64,000 nucleotides of DNA. Origin: Dehalococcoidia bacterium (GTDB lineage Bacteria > Chloroflexota > Dehalococcoidia > Lucifugimonadales > UBA3495). The DNA lies in contig OZ220464.1 of assembly GCA_965115825.1 (NCBI GenBank), positions 1,221,306 to 1,285,305 on the forward strand, given 5' to 3'. Both the position numbers and the translations under genes were made by a program. Shown piece by piece: positions 34,222-42,050 of the stretch (position 1 is the stretch's first letter; every line of letters begins with the position of its first letter). The notes beneath the pieces were generated by a model. That model made no database searches. It worked only from the letters and a program-made list of their open reading frames with translations, and was not told the origin of the DNA.

Positions 34222-34998
34222 CTAGAACAGCGACTTGGATTGCCCGCCGTCCACGTTGATGCACGCGCCAGTGATGAGGTTGGCGCGGTCGGAGGCGAGG
34301 AAGGCGACCGTCTCGCCGATGGGTTCGGGCCAGCCGAACTTGCCCATGGGGAGGTTGCGGTCGATGAAGTCGGCTACCACTTCGGGGGTGTTGTTCTGCT
34401 GGAAACGGTCCCAGCTGCTGCCGGGGAAGTCGATGCTGCCGGGAGCTACGCAGTTGACCAGCACGCCGGACTGGGCCAGCTGGAGGGCCAGGTGCTTGGA
34501 GAAGGCAATCATTCCCGCTTTGCCGGTCATGTAGTCCACCGAGCCGCCGTGCTCGCGGCCATAGATTGAGGCGATGTTGATGATGCGGCCCCAGCCCTGG
34601 GCCTGCATATGGGGCAGGGCCAGCTTGGTCATTCGCACTGCTGAAATGAGGTTGACTTCCAAGCCTTCGAGGAACAGTTCCATGGGGGTTTCGTCGAAGA
34701 GGACTGAGCCGCGCCGTCCGCCTACGTTGTTGACCAGAATGTCGGGGGAGCCGAGGGCGTCGGCGGTTTCTTTGAGGAAGCGGGCGGCGTCGGCGTCTTT
34801 GGTGACGTCGGCCTGGCTGCCGTGGGCATTGATGTTAAGGGCGGCAAGTTCGGCGACGGTGCGGTTGACCTGGTCGCCGTCGCGTCCGCAGATGGCAACG
34901 GCGCAACCTTCGCGGCCCAAGGCCAGGGCGCACTGACGGCCGAGGCCGCGGCTGCCGCCGGTAATCATCGCTACCTTTCCGTTAAGGCTCAAGTCCAT
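34222..34998 (-). CDS. SDR-family oxidoreductase (FabG-like)
   Basis: 258 aa with TGGSRGLG, NNVG and YMTGK motifs. Confidence 0.9.
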   Translation of the reverse strand: MDLSLNGKVAMITGGSRGLGRQCALALGREGCAVAICGRDGDQVNRTVAELAALNINAHGSQADVTKDADAARFLKETADALGSPDILVNNVGGRRGSVLFDETPMELFLEGLEVNLISAVRMTKLALPHMQAQGWGRIINIASIYGREHGGSVDYMTGKAGMIAFSKHLALQLAQSGVLVNCVAPGSIDFPGSSWDRFQQNNTPEVVADFIDRNLPMGKFGWPEPIGETVAFLASDRANLITGACINVDGGQSKSLF

Positions 34999-35149
34999 GG
35001 AGATGCCTCCGCAGTTATTTTTGGGATGGAGAGATTATAGCGGTTTCATTCCGTAAAGGGGCGTGGAAAGAGGGAGCGGGTGACGCTGAGCGATTGAAAC
35101 GGCGGCGGCGGACAGGCTATTATGCTGCGAACCGAGAGGATTTAGAGCA

Positions 35150-38059
35150 ATGCCCCGACCAAGACGCAACCGTGAATCGCGGCCCGGCAGTGGAAGCAGG
35201 GAGGTAGTCCGGGAGGAAGCGGTGAACGCTTTTCTGGCGCAGCAGCTGCGGGACCATGGCATCAACGCGCGGGCGGAACGGCGCAACCACAGCGCGACTC
35301 CGGATGTCCGCGTCACCTTGAAATCCGGCGATACCGTGCTGCTGGAGTGCAAGTGGGACGATTCGGTGAGCCAGCTGGAGAGTCAGCTTGACGCCCGCTT
35401 GCAGCAATTTCCCGATGCGCTGGGCGTTATCGGAGTGCTTTATCCCATTGCGTTGAAGTACCTGGAAGACACCCGCGAAGGGTTGGAGTATGCGGGCGAC
35501 CTGGAGTGGTGGGTGCACGGCTCGAATGGCAAGCGCGTTGAGGAACCGGACTCGCGTTTTGGCTCTACGGCTGACATTGCGGACCATCTGCGGCTGCTGC
35601 CGTTGGAGCTTGAGGGGGCGGATCGGGTTGCCGCGGCGGCCGCCGTTATTGAGTACGCCGTGGAGCAATCGGCAGCGAAGCTCAGCGGCTATGCCCGGCT
35701 GGCCCGGCTGGTGAGAGAAGCCGTCGCCGAGACTGACCGGGAAAACGACCGGGCCAAAGCGCTGCGCATCGGCTGCCTGGTGATATTCAACGCCCTGGCC
35801 TTCCACTTGCGCCTGGCGTCCACCAACGATTTGGTGCCCACCGTTGGCGAAACGTGGCGGGACGGGGGAGTGTTCGGGCTGTTGAAAGTCTGGAACGACA
35901 TCTGCGAAACCATTGACTACGTGCCGGTGTTTGAGCTGGCTAAAAGGATGCTGACCATCCTGAGTTACGCCGACCGACCGCGCCTCTGGCATGGCCCGGT
36001 GATGGAACCGCTGCTTAAGGCGGTTGAGGATACCAGCCACCTAGAGGGGCATGACCTGTCCGGCCGGCTATTCCATACGCTGCTGAGCGACGCCAAGTTC
36101 ACCGGCGCGTACTACACATCCATACCGGCGGCGGCGCTGCTGGCCCGGCTGGTGTTCCATAACTGGCCGGCGGGAGTTGACTGGGGAGACCATGAATTTC
36201 CCGCGTCTCTCAACGTGGCGGATATTGCCTGCGGCACCGGCACTTTGCTGATGGCGGTGGCCGCCGAGGCGGAACGGCGGCACACCGAGGCCGGCGGGCA
36301 GGATGTCGCAGCGCTGCACAAGGCGATGGTGGAGCAGGCCATTCACGGATACGACGTGCAGATTTCCGCCGTGCATTTTGCCGCCACCAGCCTGGCGATG
36401 CTGAACCCCGACATTCAGTTTGACCGGATGAACCTATACGTGATGCGGCTGGGAGCAGACGGCGACGACGTTTCGCTGGGTTCGCTGGACTTTCTGGGCG
36501 AAACCCAGGCGGCAGTGCAATTTTCGCTGTCGCCGTCCATGAGCGGCGTTGACGACCGCGCCATACGAGATCCCGTCCGAGTGTACGGCAGCGGCGGTAA
36601 GGGGGCGCAGGATGGGGAAATCGCTACGCTGCCTGAGCTTGACCTGGCAATTATGAATCCGCCCTTTACCCGTTCCGTGGGGGGCAATTTGCTCTTTGGC
36701 AGCCTGCCCGCCGCCGAGCGGCGCAAGTTGCAGAATGAGCTTGCCCGCCGCCTTAAGTCGCGGCAGGCGACGGGAACCGCCGGGCTGGGCGCAGCGTTTG
36801 TGGCGGCGGCCTCTCCCAAGCTGCGCCCGGGAGAGGGACGGCTGGCGCTGGTGCTGCCGGCCACAGTCTGCACCGGGCCCTCCTGGCAACAGACCCGTTC
36901 CCTCATTGAGCGGGATTTCAATCTTGACATGGTAATCGTCTCGCACGACCCGCTGCGCTGGAACTTTTCGGACAGCACCGACCTGTCGGAGGCGCTGCTG
37001 ATTGCCACCCGTCGCCGCCTCGGCAATGGCGGCAACAACGGCAGCGACGGCGTCGCCGCCAGGGGCGATGCCGCTGAACACCGCACCGTTTTCGTGAGCC
37101 TGTGGCAAAACCCCACCGGGCCGCTGGACGCTCACCGCACGGCCCAGGCCATCGCCGACACCACGCCGGCCAACCTGGAATCCACCGGCGCCGGCCTGGT
37201 AGAGGTTGACGGGCGGCACGTTGGCGAATTGGTGGCGATTCCGGAATCCAGGCTGATTGGCAGCAAGTGGGCGGGCGTCCAGTTTGCCCGGGCCGACTTG
37301 ACGCGCTGCGCGCTGCGGCTGCTGGGGGACGGAGAGGTATGGGTTCCGGGAGAGTCAGAGATTGGGAAGATTCCGATTTGCCCGTTGGGTGAACTTGGGG
37401 AAATCGGCCCTGATGTGCGGGATGTTAGAGATGGATTTGATACAACGGATGCGATAACCGCGTATCCGATGGTTGCCAACCATGAAACTGAACGCAGGAC
37501 TCGCTTGTTAGTTGAGCCTGATAAGTACCTGGCTCCTTTGGTTGAGCCTCGTCCCGGCCGCAAGTTGAAGGCACTGGAGCAACTATGGCCGAAGGCGGGG
37601 CGACTTCTGGTAGCGGAGCGGCTCCGGTTAAATACAGCCAGAGTAGCGGCCACTTGCACTAAGGTACCGGTGTTATCAAACGTTTGGTGGCCGATAAAGA
37701 CGGCAGACCATGCTATGGACAAGGCAATTGCGGTGTGGCTCAACAGCAGCGTCGGGCTGCTGGCGCTGCTGGCAACACGCAATACAACCGTCGGGGCTTG
37801 GGTTCGCTTCAAAAAGGCGGATTTGGTAGGGATGCCCGTACTGGACGCGAGGGCGCTGTCGTCGCCGCAACTGCGGGCACTGTCGGATCTGTTTGACGCT
37901 GTTGCCGAGGAGGGATTTGAACGTTTGCCGGCAATGGCGAACTGCCCGACTCGGCGGAAGTTGGATGATGGACTGTCGGAAATCCTGGGGCTGCCTGACC
38001 TGGACGGGCTGCGGCGGCTGTTGGCGTCGGAGCCGGTGGTAAGCAACCGGCGGCTGTAA
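35150..38059 (+). CDS. single-chain type IIG/IIL-like restriction-modification enzyme (N-terminal PD-ExK nuclease, gamma-class N6-adenine methyltransferase, C-terminal target-recognition region)
   Basis: 969 aa. PDVRV...LLECKWD at about aa 50-70 (GAGTGCAAG at 35345-35353). Motif I DIACGTGTLL (about 36218-36241). Motif IV MNPPF (about 36653-36667). The C-terminal LNSSVGLLAL... region is typical of TRD ends. Confidence 0.7.
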   Translation: MPRPRRNRESRPGSGSREVVREEAVNAFLAQQLRDHGINARAERRNHSATPDVRVTLKSGDTVLLECKWDDSVSQLESQLDARLQQFPDALGVIGVLYPIALKYLEDTREGLEYAGDLEWWVHGSNGKRVEEPDSRFGSTADIADHLRLLPLELEGADRVAAAAAVIEYAVEQSAAKLSGYARLARLVREAVAETDRENDRAKALRIGCLVIFNALAFHLRLASTNDLVPTVGETWRDGGVFGLLKVWNDICETIDYVPVFELAKRMLTILSYADRPRLWHGPVMEPLLKAVEDTSHLEGHDLSGRLFHTLLSDAKFTGAYYTSIPAAALLARLVFHNWPAGVDWGDHEFPASLNVADIACGTGTLLMAVAAEAERRHTEAGGQDVAALHKAMVEQAIHGYDVQISAVHFAATSLAMLNPDIQFDRMNLYVMRLGADGDDVSLGSLDFLGETQAAVQFSLSPSMSGVDDRAIRDPVRVYGSGGKGAQDGEIATLPELDLAIMNPPFTRSVGGNLLFGSLPAAERRKLQNELARRLKSRQATGTAGLGAAFVAAASPKLRPGEGRLALVLPATVCTGPSWQQTRSLIERDFNLDMVIVSHDPLRWNFSDSTDLSEALLIATRRRLGNGGNNGSDGVAARGDAAEHRTVFVSLWQNPTGPLDAHRTAQAIADTTPANLESTGAGLVEVDGRHVGELVAIPESRLIGSKWAGVQFARADLTRCALRLLGDGEVWVPGESEIGKIPICPLGELGEIGPDVRDVRDGFDTTDAITAYPMVANHETERRTRLLVEPDKYLAPLVEPRPGRKLKALEQLWPKAGRLLVAERLRLNTARVAATCTKVPVLSNVWWPIKTADHAMDKAIAVWLNSSVGLLALLATRNTTVGAWVRFKKADLVGMPVLDARALSSPQLRALSDLFDAVAEEGFERLPAMANCPTRRKLDDGLSEILGLPDLDGLRRLLASEPVVSNRRL

Positions 38060-38118
38060 GGGATGCGGCAGCCGTGGGGAGGCGGGGCTGGTTGGTGGTG
38101 TGAGTGGGGGATGACGTT

Positions 38119-38127
38119 TGCTATAAT
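38119..38127 (+). promoter_or_regulatory. extended -10 promoter element
   Basis: TGCTATAAT, 40 nt before the ATG at 38168. Confidence 0.4.
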
Positions 38128-38167
38128 CAACTACGGTTTTCATCCGGTTTTTTCAATGGAGGGTCTA

Positions 38168-38443
38168 ATGACTACTGTAGAAAACGCGGCCGGCATTCCG
38201 GTTCGTGTTGTCCCACACGGTACGCTGCTCGCGGAGGCCGAGCGCAAAATGCGCGAATACGAAGTCCGGTTCGAAATGTCCAGCGAAAAGATGGCAACGT
38301 TGCTTGAATCGGACGCGATCGATGCCACTGCCGAGGTTCTGCGATGGTATTCAGCCTATCAAGGCGCCAAATTGCTCCACGCCAAGACCCCCACGACTGG
38401 AACTCTTGGGACCACTACCAAACCATCCACGAAAACCGACTGA
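38168..38443 (+). CDS. hypothetical small protein (antitoxin-like?)
   Basis: Internal ATG of track ORF 38063-38443, preceded by GGAGGG. 91 aa. The helical YEVRFEMSSEKMATLLESD...W pattern is reminiscent of small antitoxin-type proteins, but this is weak recollection only. Confidence 0.4.
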   Translation: MTTVENAAGIPVRVVPHGTLLAEAERKMREYEVRFEMSSEKMATLLESDAIDATAEVLRWYSAYQGAKLLHAKTPTTGTLGTTTKPSTKTD

Positions 38444-38811
38444 GCCAGCATCCCTTCGTTATCAGCGACACCCTTGCTTTCACACGCGAAGGCGAGGGTG
38501 TAATTTGGCAAAGCGGTATGGTTCAGTGCCGCAAAAACGTGATGCTGGAAGTGGAGAAGTGGTTTGAGGCCCGCTACTTCGGCAGCACGTTTCGCGTCCG
38601 ATGCCACACCTACACCTACATCGGCTGGCTGCCCGGCGAGCATCTGCTGCTCAAATACCACAATCTGCACAGCGACCCGGATGATTACATCCAACGCGTG
38701 TATGACCCGATGACCGGGGAACAGGTTTTGTATGAATCTCTTCGGCGCTACCAGTTCCCAACGTTTCCCCAAGTGCTGGACGAGCTGGCGGATCTGGCCC
38801 GAGGGGTGTAG
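38440..38811 (+). CDS. hypothetical protein, possibly TumE/DUF6516-like toxin family
   Basis: Frame of track ORF 38344-38811. The start is uncertain: CTG 38440 overlaps the upstream stop (CTGA), with ATG 38344 or ATG 38518 as alternatives. The YTYIGW...LLLKYHNLHSDPD...FPTFPQVLDEL pattern loosely recalls DUF6516. Confidence 0.35.
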   Translation: MSQHPFVISDTLAFTREGEGVIWQSGMVQCRKNVMLEVEKWFEARYFGSTFRVRCHTYTYIGWLPGEHLLLKYHNLHSDPDDYIQRVYDPMTGEQVLYESLRRYQFPTFPQVLDELADLARGV

Positions 38812-38931
38812 ATTGCTGCCATCCTTGCGCTTGCCTGGGCGCACGGCAGTCGCCGGTGAGTTGTTTCATGGGGCGGGCTTTTCTGTATTGGGCCAGGGCG
38901 GCCGGCCCGAGGTCAATGGGCTGCGTCTCCG

Positions 38932-38940
38932 TGCTATAAT
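38932..38940 (+). promoter_or_regulatory. extended -10 promoter element
   Basis: TGCTATAAT, 45 nt before the ATG at 38985. Confidence 0.4.
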
Positions 38941-38984
38941 GCGCGTTAATTTCCTTCGTGAAGCGTAAAGGGAGCATTGACGGG

Positions 38985-40154
38985 ATGATTAAGCGGTTTT
39001 CGGTTCTGTACGTGGGGCAGATTGACCTGGATAACGTGGGGGCGGACGGTACGCCGCCGGACCAGCGTCGCTACAGCAACGAGCAGCTGGCGCAGGCTTA
39101 CCAGCACGCCCAGGCGCTGGCGCAGCATATGGATGAGCGCGGCTTCTACTGTATGTGGATGGCGGAGCATCACTTTCAGCACGAAGGTTATGAGTGCATC
39201 CCCAACCTTATTCTCATGGGGGTTCATCTGGCCGGCCAGACCAGGAACCTGAAGTTCGGCCAGGCTTTCAACATCATTCCCATGTGGCACCCGCTGCGCA
39301 TCGCTGAGGACTTTGCAATGGCGGACATCCTGACCGGGGGGCGGATGATTTTCGGGGTGGGACGAGGGTATCACTCCCGGGAGGTGGAAACGTTCGGCTC
39401 GCCGGTGATTGACAATGACGCCAACCGGGAGCTGTTCCTGGAGCAGATGGAGGTTATCCTGAAGGCTTTCAATGAGGATTCTTGGAGTCATCAGGGAAAG
39501 CACTACACGATTCCGCCGGCCGTGCCGTATCGTGGCTATGACCTCAAAGAAATCACGATGGTGCCCCGGCCCGTGAACCGACCGGTGGAAATCTGGCAGC
39601 CCATCGCCAGCGGGCGCACGTTGAACTACATCGCCGAGCGGGGCATCAAGGCGATGGTGGCGCTTACCGGGGAGCTGTACGCGGAGCAGATGATTACGCA
39701 GTACCGCGACGCGGCGGCGGCGGCGGGCCGCAATCTTCCTTTGGGCGGCGACATGGCTCTGGGGTTTGGGTTTTACATCGCCGACAGCCGGGAGGAGGCC
39801 GTGGCGCGGGTGCGTCCGTTCCACGATGAACGCTATAAGTGGTTCGCGCCCTTTGGATTCGTGCGCTATACCGATGAGGAGGGCCGGCCGTGGGGGACTC
39901 CGGGCGCTCCTACGCGCGTGCCGCGCATTGAGGACGGCGTTGACCAGAAAGCGTGGTTCTGCGGGAATCCCGCGGACTTCATCGCTTTTCTGCGCGGAAT
40001 TGAGGAGAAGTATCCCGGCCTGGAGGACATCGTGCTGCAATGGCCCGAGGGTATGCCGTGGAGCGAGTTTAAGGAGCAGCTGTCGATCTTCGCGTCCGAG
40101 GTAATGCCCGCATTCACCGGACGGGAGGCGTCGCTGGCGGCGGCGGACGATTAG
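38985..40154 (+). CDS. LLM-class flavin-dependent oxidoreductase
   Basis: MIKRFSVLYVG...WMAEHHF...GVGRGYH are typical luciferase-like monooxygenase blocks. AAGGGAG lies upstream of the ATG. Confidence 0.85.
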   Translation: MIKRFSVLYVGQIDLDNVGADGTPPDQRRYSNEQLAQAYQHAQALAQHMDERGFYCMWMAEHHFQHEGYECIPNLILMGVHLAGQTRNLKFGQAFNIIPMWHPLRIAEDFAMADILTGGRMIFGVGRGYHSREVETFGSPVIDNDANRELFLEQMEVILKAFNEDSWSHQGKHYTIPPAVPYRGYDLKEITMVPRPVNRPVEIWQPIASGRTLNYIAERGIKAMVALTGELYAEQMITQYRDAAAAAGRNLPLGGDMALGFGFYIADSREEAVARVRPFHDERYKWFAPFGFVRYTDEEGRPWGTPGAPTRVPRIEDGVDQKAWFCGNPADFIAFLRGIEEKYPGLEDIVLQWPEGMPWSEFKEQLSIFASEVMPAFTGREASLAAADD

Positions 40155-40191
40155 ATCAGGGCCGTTAGCGCACGTAAAAGGGAGCCGTCGC

Positions 40192-41514
40192 TTGGCCAAC
40201 CCTGAGCACGTAGCCGTTGCCAGGGGGAGGAGCTTTGCCATTGCCCGCTGGCGGGCCCGCTCGTTTCAGACGCGGGCGCATCTTGACCTGTCGGGGGCAT
40301 ACCTCAGCGGCGCGCGGATGCCCGGCGTTGACCTGTCCCATGACGACCTGACGGAGATTGACCTGACTTCCGCCGACCTGCGGCACGGGAATTTCAACGG
40401 CGCCCGGATGCGGCAGGCTCATCTGTCGCGCTGCAACCTGAACCGCGCCAGCTTTGAGGAAGCCCAAGCGTCGGGGGCTTTCTTCACCCGCTCCGACCTG
40501 CGCGGCGGCAATTTCTGCAACGCCGACCTGCGCGGGGCCGACCTGTCTAACTGCGACCTGGCCTTCGCCGCGATGGCGGGCGCGAACCTGGCGGGCGCCG
40601 ACCTGACCGAGGCCGACCTGACGATGGCGGACCTTACCGATGCGAACCTCAGCGGGGCCCGGCTCAACGCGGCCTGTCTTGACATCGCCAACCTCAGCCG
40701 CTGCGACCTGCGCCGGGCTTCGCTGGTGCGCACCCGCCTGGACTGCGCTTTGCTGCAAGACGGGGTGGTGGACATGACGCTGTTCGCCGACTGCGACCTG
40801 GGCGCGGCGCTGGGGCTGGAAACCGTGCGTCATCAAGGCCCCAGCATCGTGGGCGCGGACACGCTGGCGCGCTCCGGCGGGGGCGTTTCCAAGGTATTCC
40901 TGCAATCGGCGGGAGTGCCGCCCGACTTCATCGAATTTGTTGGCCGGGAGTTTGCGGCGCGAGGGTTTGCTGTCGAGAATGGGCGCGCGGAGCAGGCTAG
41001 CGCGCCAACGCCCCATCGGCGGATTTTGCTCATTGGCGCGGCGGCGGACGGCGCGGTGGTGGCCTGGCTGGAGCGTGAGATGCGTCGGCGCGGCGCGCAG
41101 TGTTGGAGTCTGCTGGCCGATGACGAGGAGGCGATTTACAACGCGCAGGTTTTCCCGCCGATGAGCCGTTTTCGCAACTATGACCGGGTGGCGCTGCTGT
41201 GCTCGTATGCTGCGCTGGAAAGCCCGGCGTGTTGGCGTTTGTACCGGGAGATTATGCAGCGTCAGTCGGACTCGGCGGCGCGACGGGTTCACGTGGCGGC
41301 GGTAACGCTGGACGACTGCCTGGAAAACGACACGGAGGAGCTGTACGGGATGCTCCGCGACGGGCCCGGGGCGCGGCTGCGCCTCCGCAAAGACGGCAAG
41401 GGCGGTTATCGTCGGGACGTTCCGGGCGTACTGGCAGTCCTGACGTCCGATTGGCGGGCGGCCTCACCGTCGGACAACTGGCCGGACGCGCCGGAATCAG
41501 TGGGGATGCCGTGA
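40192..41514 (+). CDS. pentapeptide-repeat protein with C-terminal TIR-like domain
   Basis: 440 aa with a TTG start after AAGGGAG. About 35 tandem A(D/N)LxG-type pentapeptides fill residues 30-215. The C-terminal region reads ILLIGAAADGAVVAWLEREMRRRGAQCW...DRVALLCSYAALESPACWRLYREI, a TIR-like beta-alpha pattern (tentative). Confidence 0.7.
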   Translation: MANPEHVAVARGRSFAIARWRARSFQTRAHLDLSGAYLSGARMPGVDLSHDDLTEIDLTSADLRHGNFNGARMRQAHLSRCNLNRASFEEAQASGAFFTRSDLRGGNFCNADLRGADLSNCDLAFAAMAGANLAGADLTEADLTMADLTDANLSGARLNAACLDIANLSRCDLRRASLVRTRLDCALLQDGVVDMTLFADCDLGAALGLETVRHQGPSIVGADTLARSGGGVSKVFLQSAGVPPDFIEFVGREFAARGFAVENGRAEQASAPTPHRRILLIGAAADGAVVAWLEREMRRRGAQCWSLLADDEEAIYNAQVFPPMSRFRNYDRVALLCSYAALESPACWRLYREIMQRQSDSAARRVHVAAVTLDDCLENDTEELYGMLRDGPGARLRLRKDGKGGYRRDVPGVLAVLTSDWRAASPSDNWPDAPESVGMP

Positions 41515-41898
41515 AAAATCCCAGCCGTGCGGCGCGTATTCGATGGCAACGTCGCTGCCCAGCATCAAACAGGCTTCGCCCCACTGCACTCCGTTGGCAG
41601 TGTCCCAATCGCCGGATGCGTCCGCCGGCTTGAGGCGAATACCGTCCTCGCCGCCGTAAATCAGCATAACGACGCCCTCGCCGGAATCTTCGGATAATGC
41701 GGCCATGGCGGGGCAGGGCGCGCCGTTCTCCCAGCCGGTAACGTCGCACCAGACATCGTTGCCCATTGGGTCGGGCGCAAGGATGCGCAACGCCGGGCGA
41801 GGGTCGGTGAGCAGGTCAAAAACCCGGTTGAGATCCATCGGGCTGTTCCCGCTGGCGACGACGGCAACTTCATAAAGCACGGGGCAATCTCGCAACAT
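41497..41898 (-). CDS. hypothetical protein
   Basis: Internal ATG (MLRDCPVLYEV...) of track ORF 41497-41922. No family recognised. Its 3' end overlaps the convergent pentapeptide gene by 18 nt. Confidence 0.45.
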   Translation of the reverse strand: MLRDCPVLYEVAVVASGNSPMDLNRVFDLLTDPRPALRILAPDPMGNDVWCDVTGWENGAPCPAMAALSEDSGEGVVMLIYGGEDGIRLKPADASGDWDTANGVQWGEACLMLGSDVAIEYAPHGWDFSRHPH

Positions 41899-41952
41899 TC
41901 GTATTACCCCACAATATACCACGAGCCACTACCGATGCTCCGGGGCTGGCGA

Positions 41953-41961
41953 TGCTACAAT
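41953..41961 (+). promoter_or_regulatory. extended -10 promoter element
   Basis: TGCTACAAT, 90 nt before the ATG at 42051. Confidence 0.35.
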
Positions 41962-42050
41962 GGCTGCGCCGGTTTCGGGTTCCGGCACGCTGAGGCGCAG
42001 CCGGAACCCTTGTCGGAATAATGTGGTTTGGAACCAAAGGACGCTGCTTT

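Noticed and set aside
34186-34222. Weak 6-bp hairpin (CAGGCC...GGCCTG) between the convergent hydrolase and SDR genes as a bidirectional terminator
   Set aside because: The stem is too short and there are no flanking T/A tracts, so it is not reportable as a terminator.
35120-38143. Minus-strand ORFs opposite the type IIG-like gene (35120-36040, 36415-37219, 37132-38130, 37676-38143)
   Set aside because: They are mirror frames with Arg/Pro/Ser bias. The plus-strand ORF carries ordered nuclease and methylase motifs.
38946-41292. Minus-strand ORFs 38946-40241 and 40165-41292
   Set aside because: They are antisense to the LLM oxidoreductase and the pentapeptide gene, with Arg/Pro/His-rich compositions.
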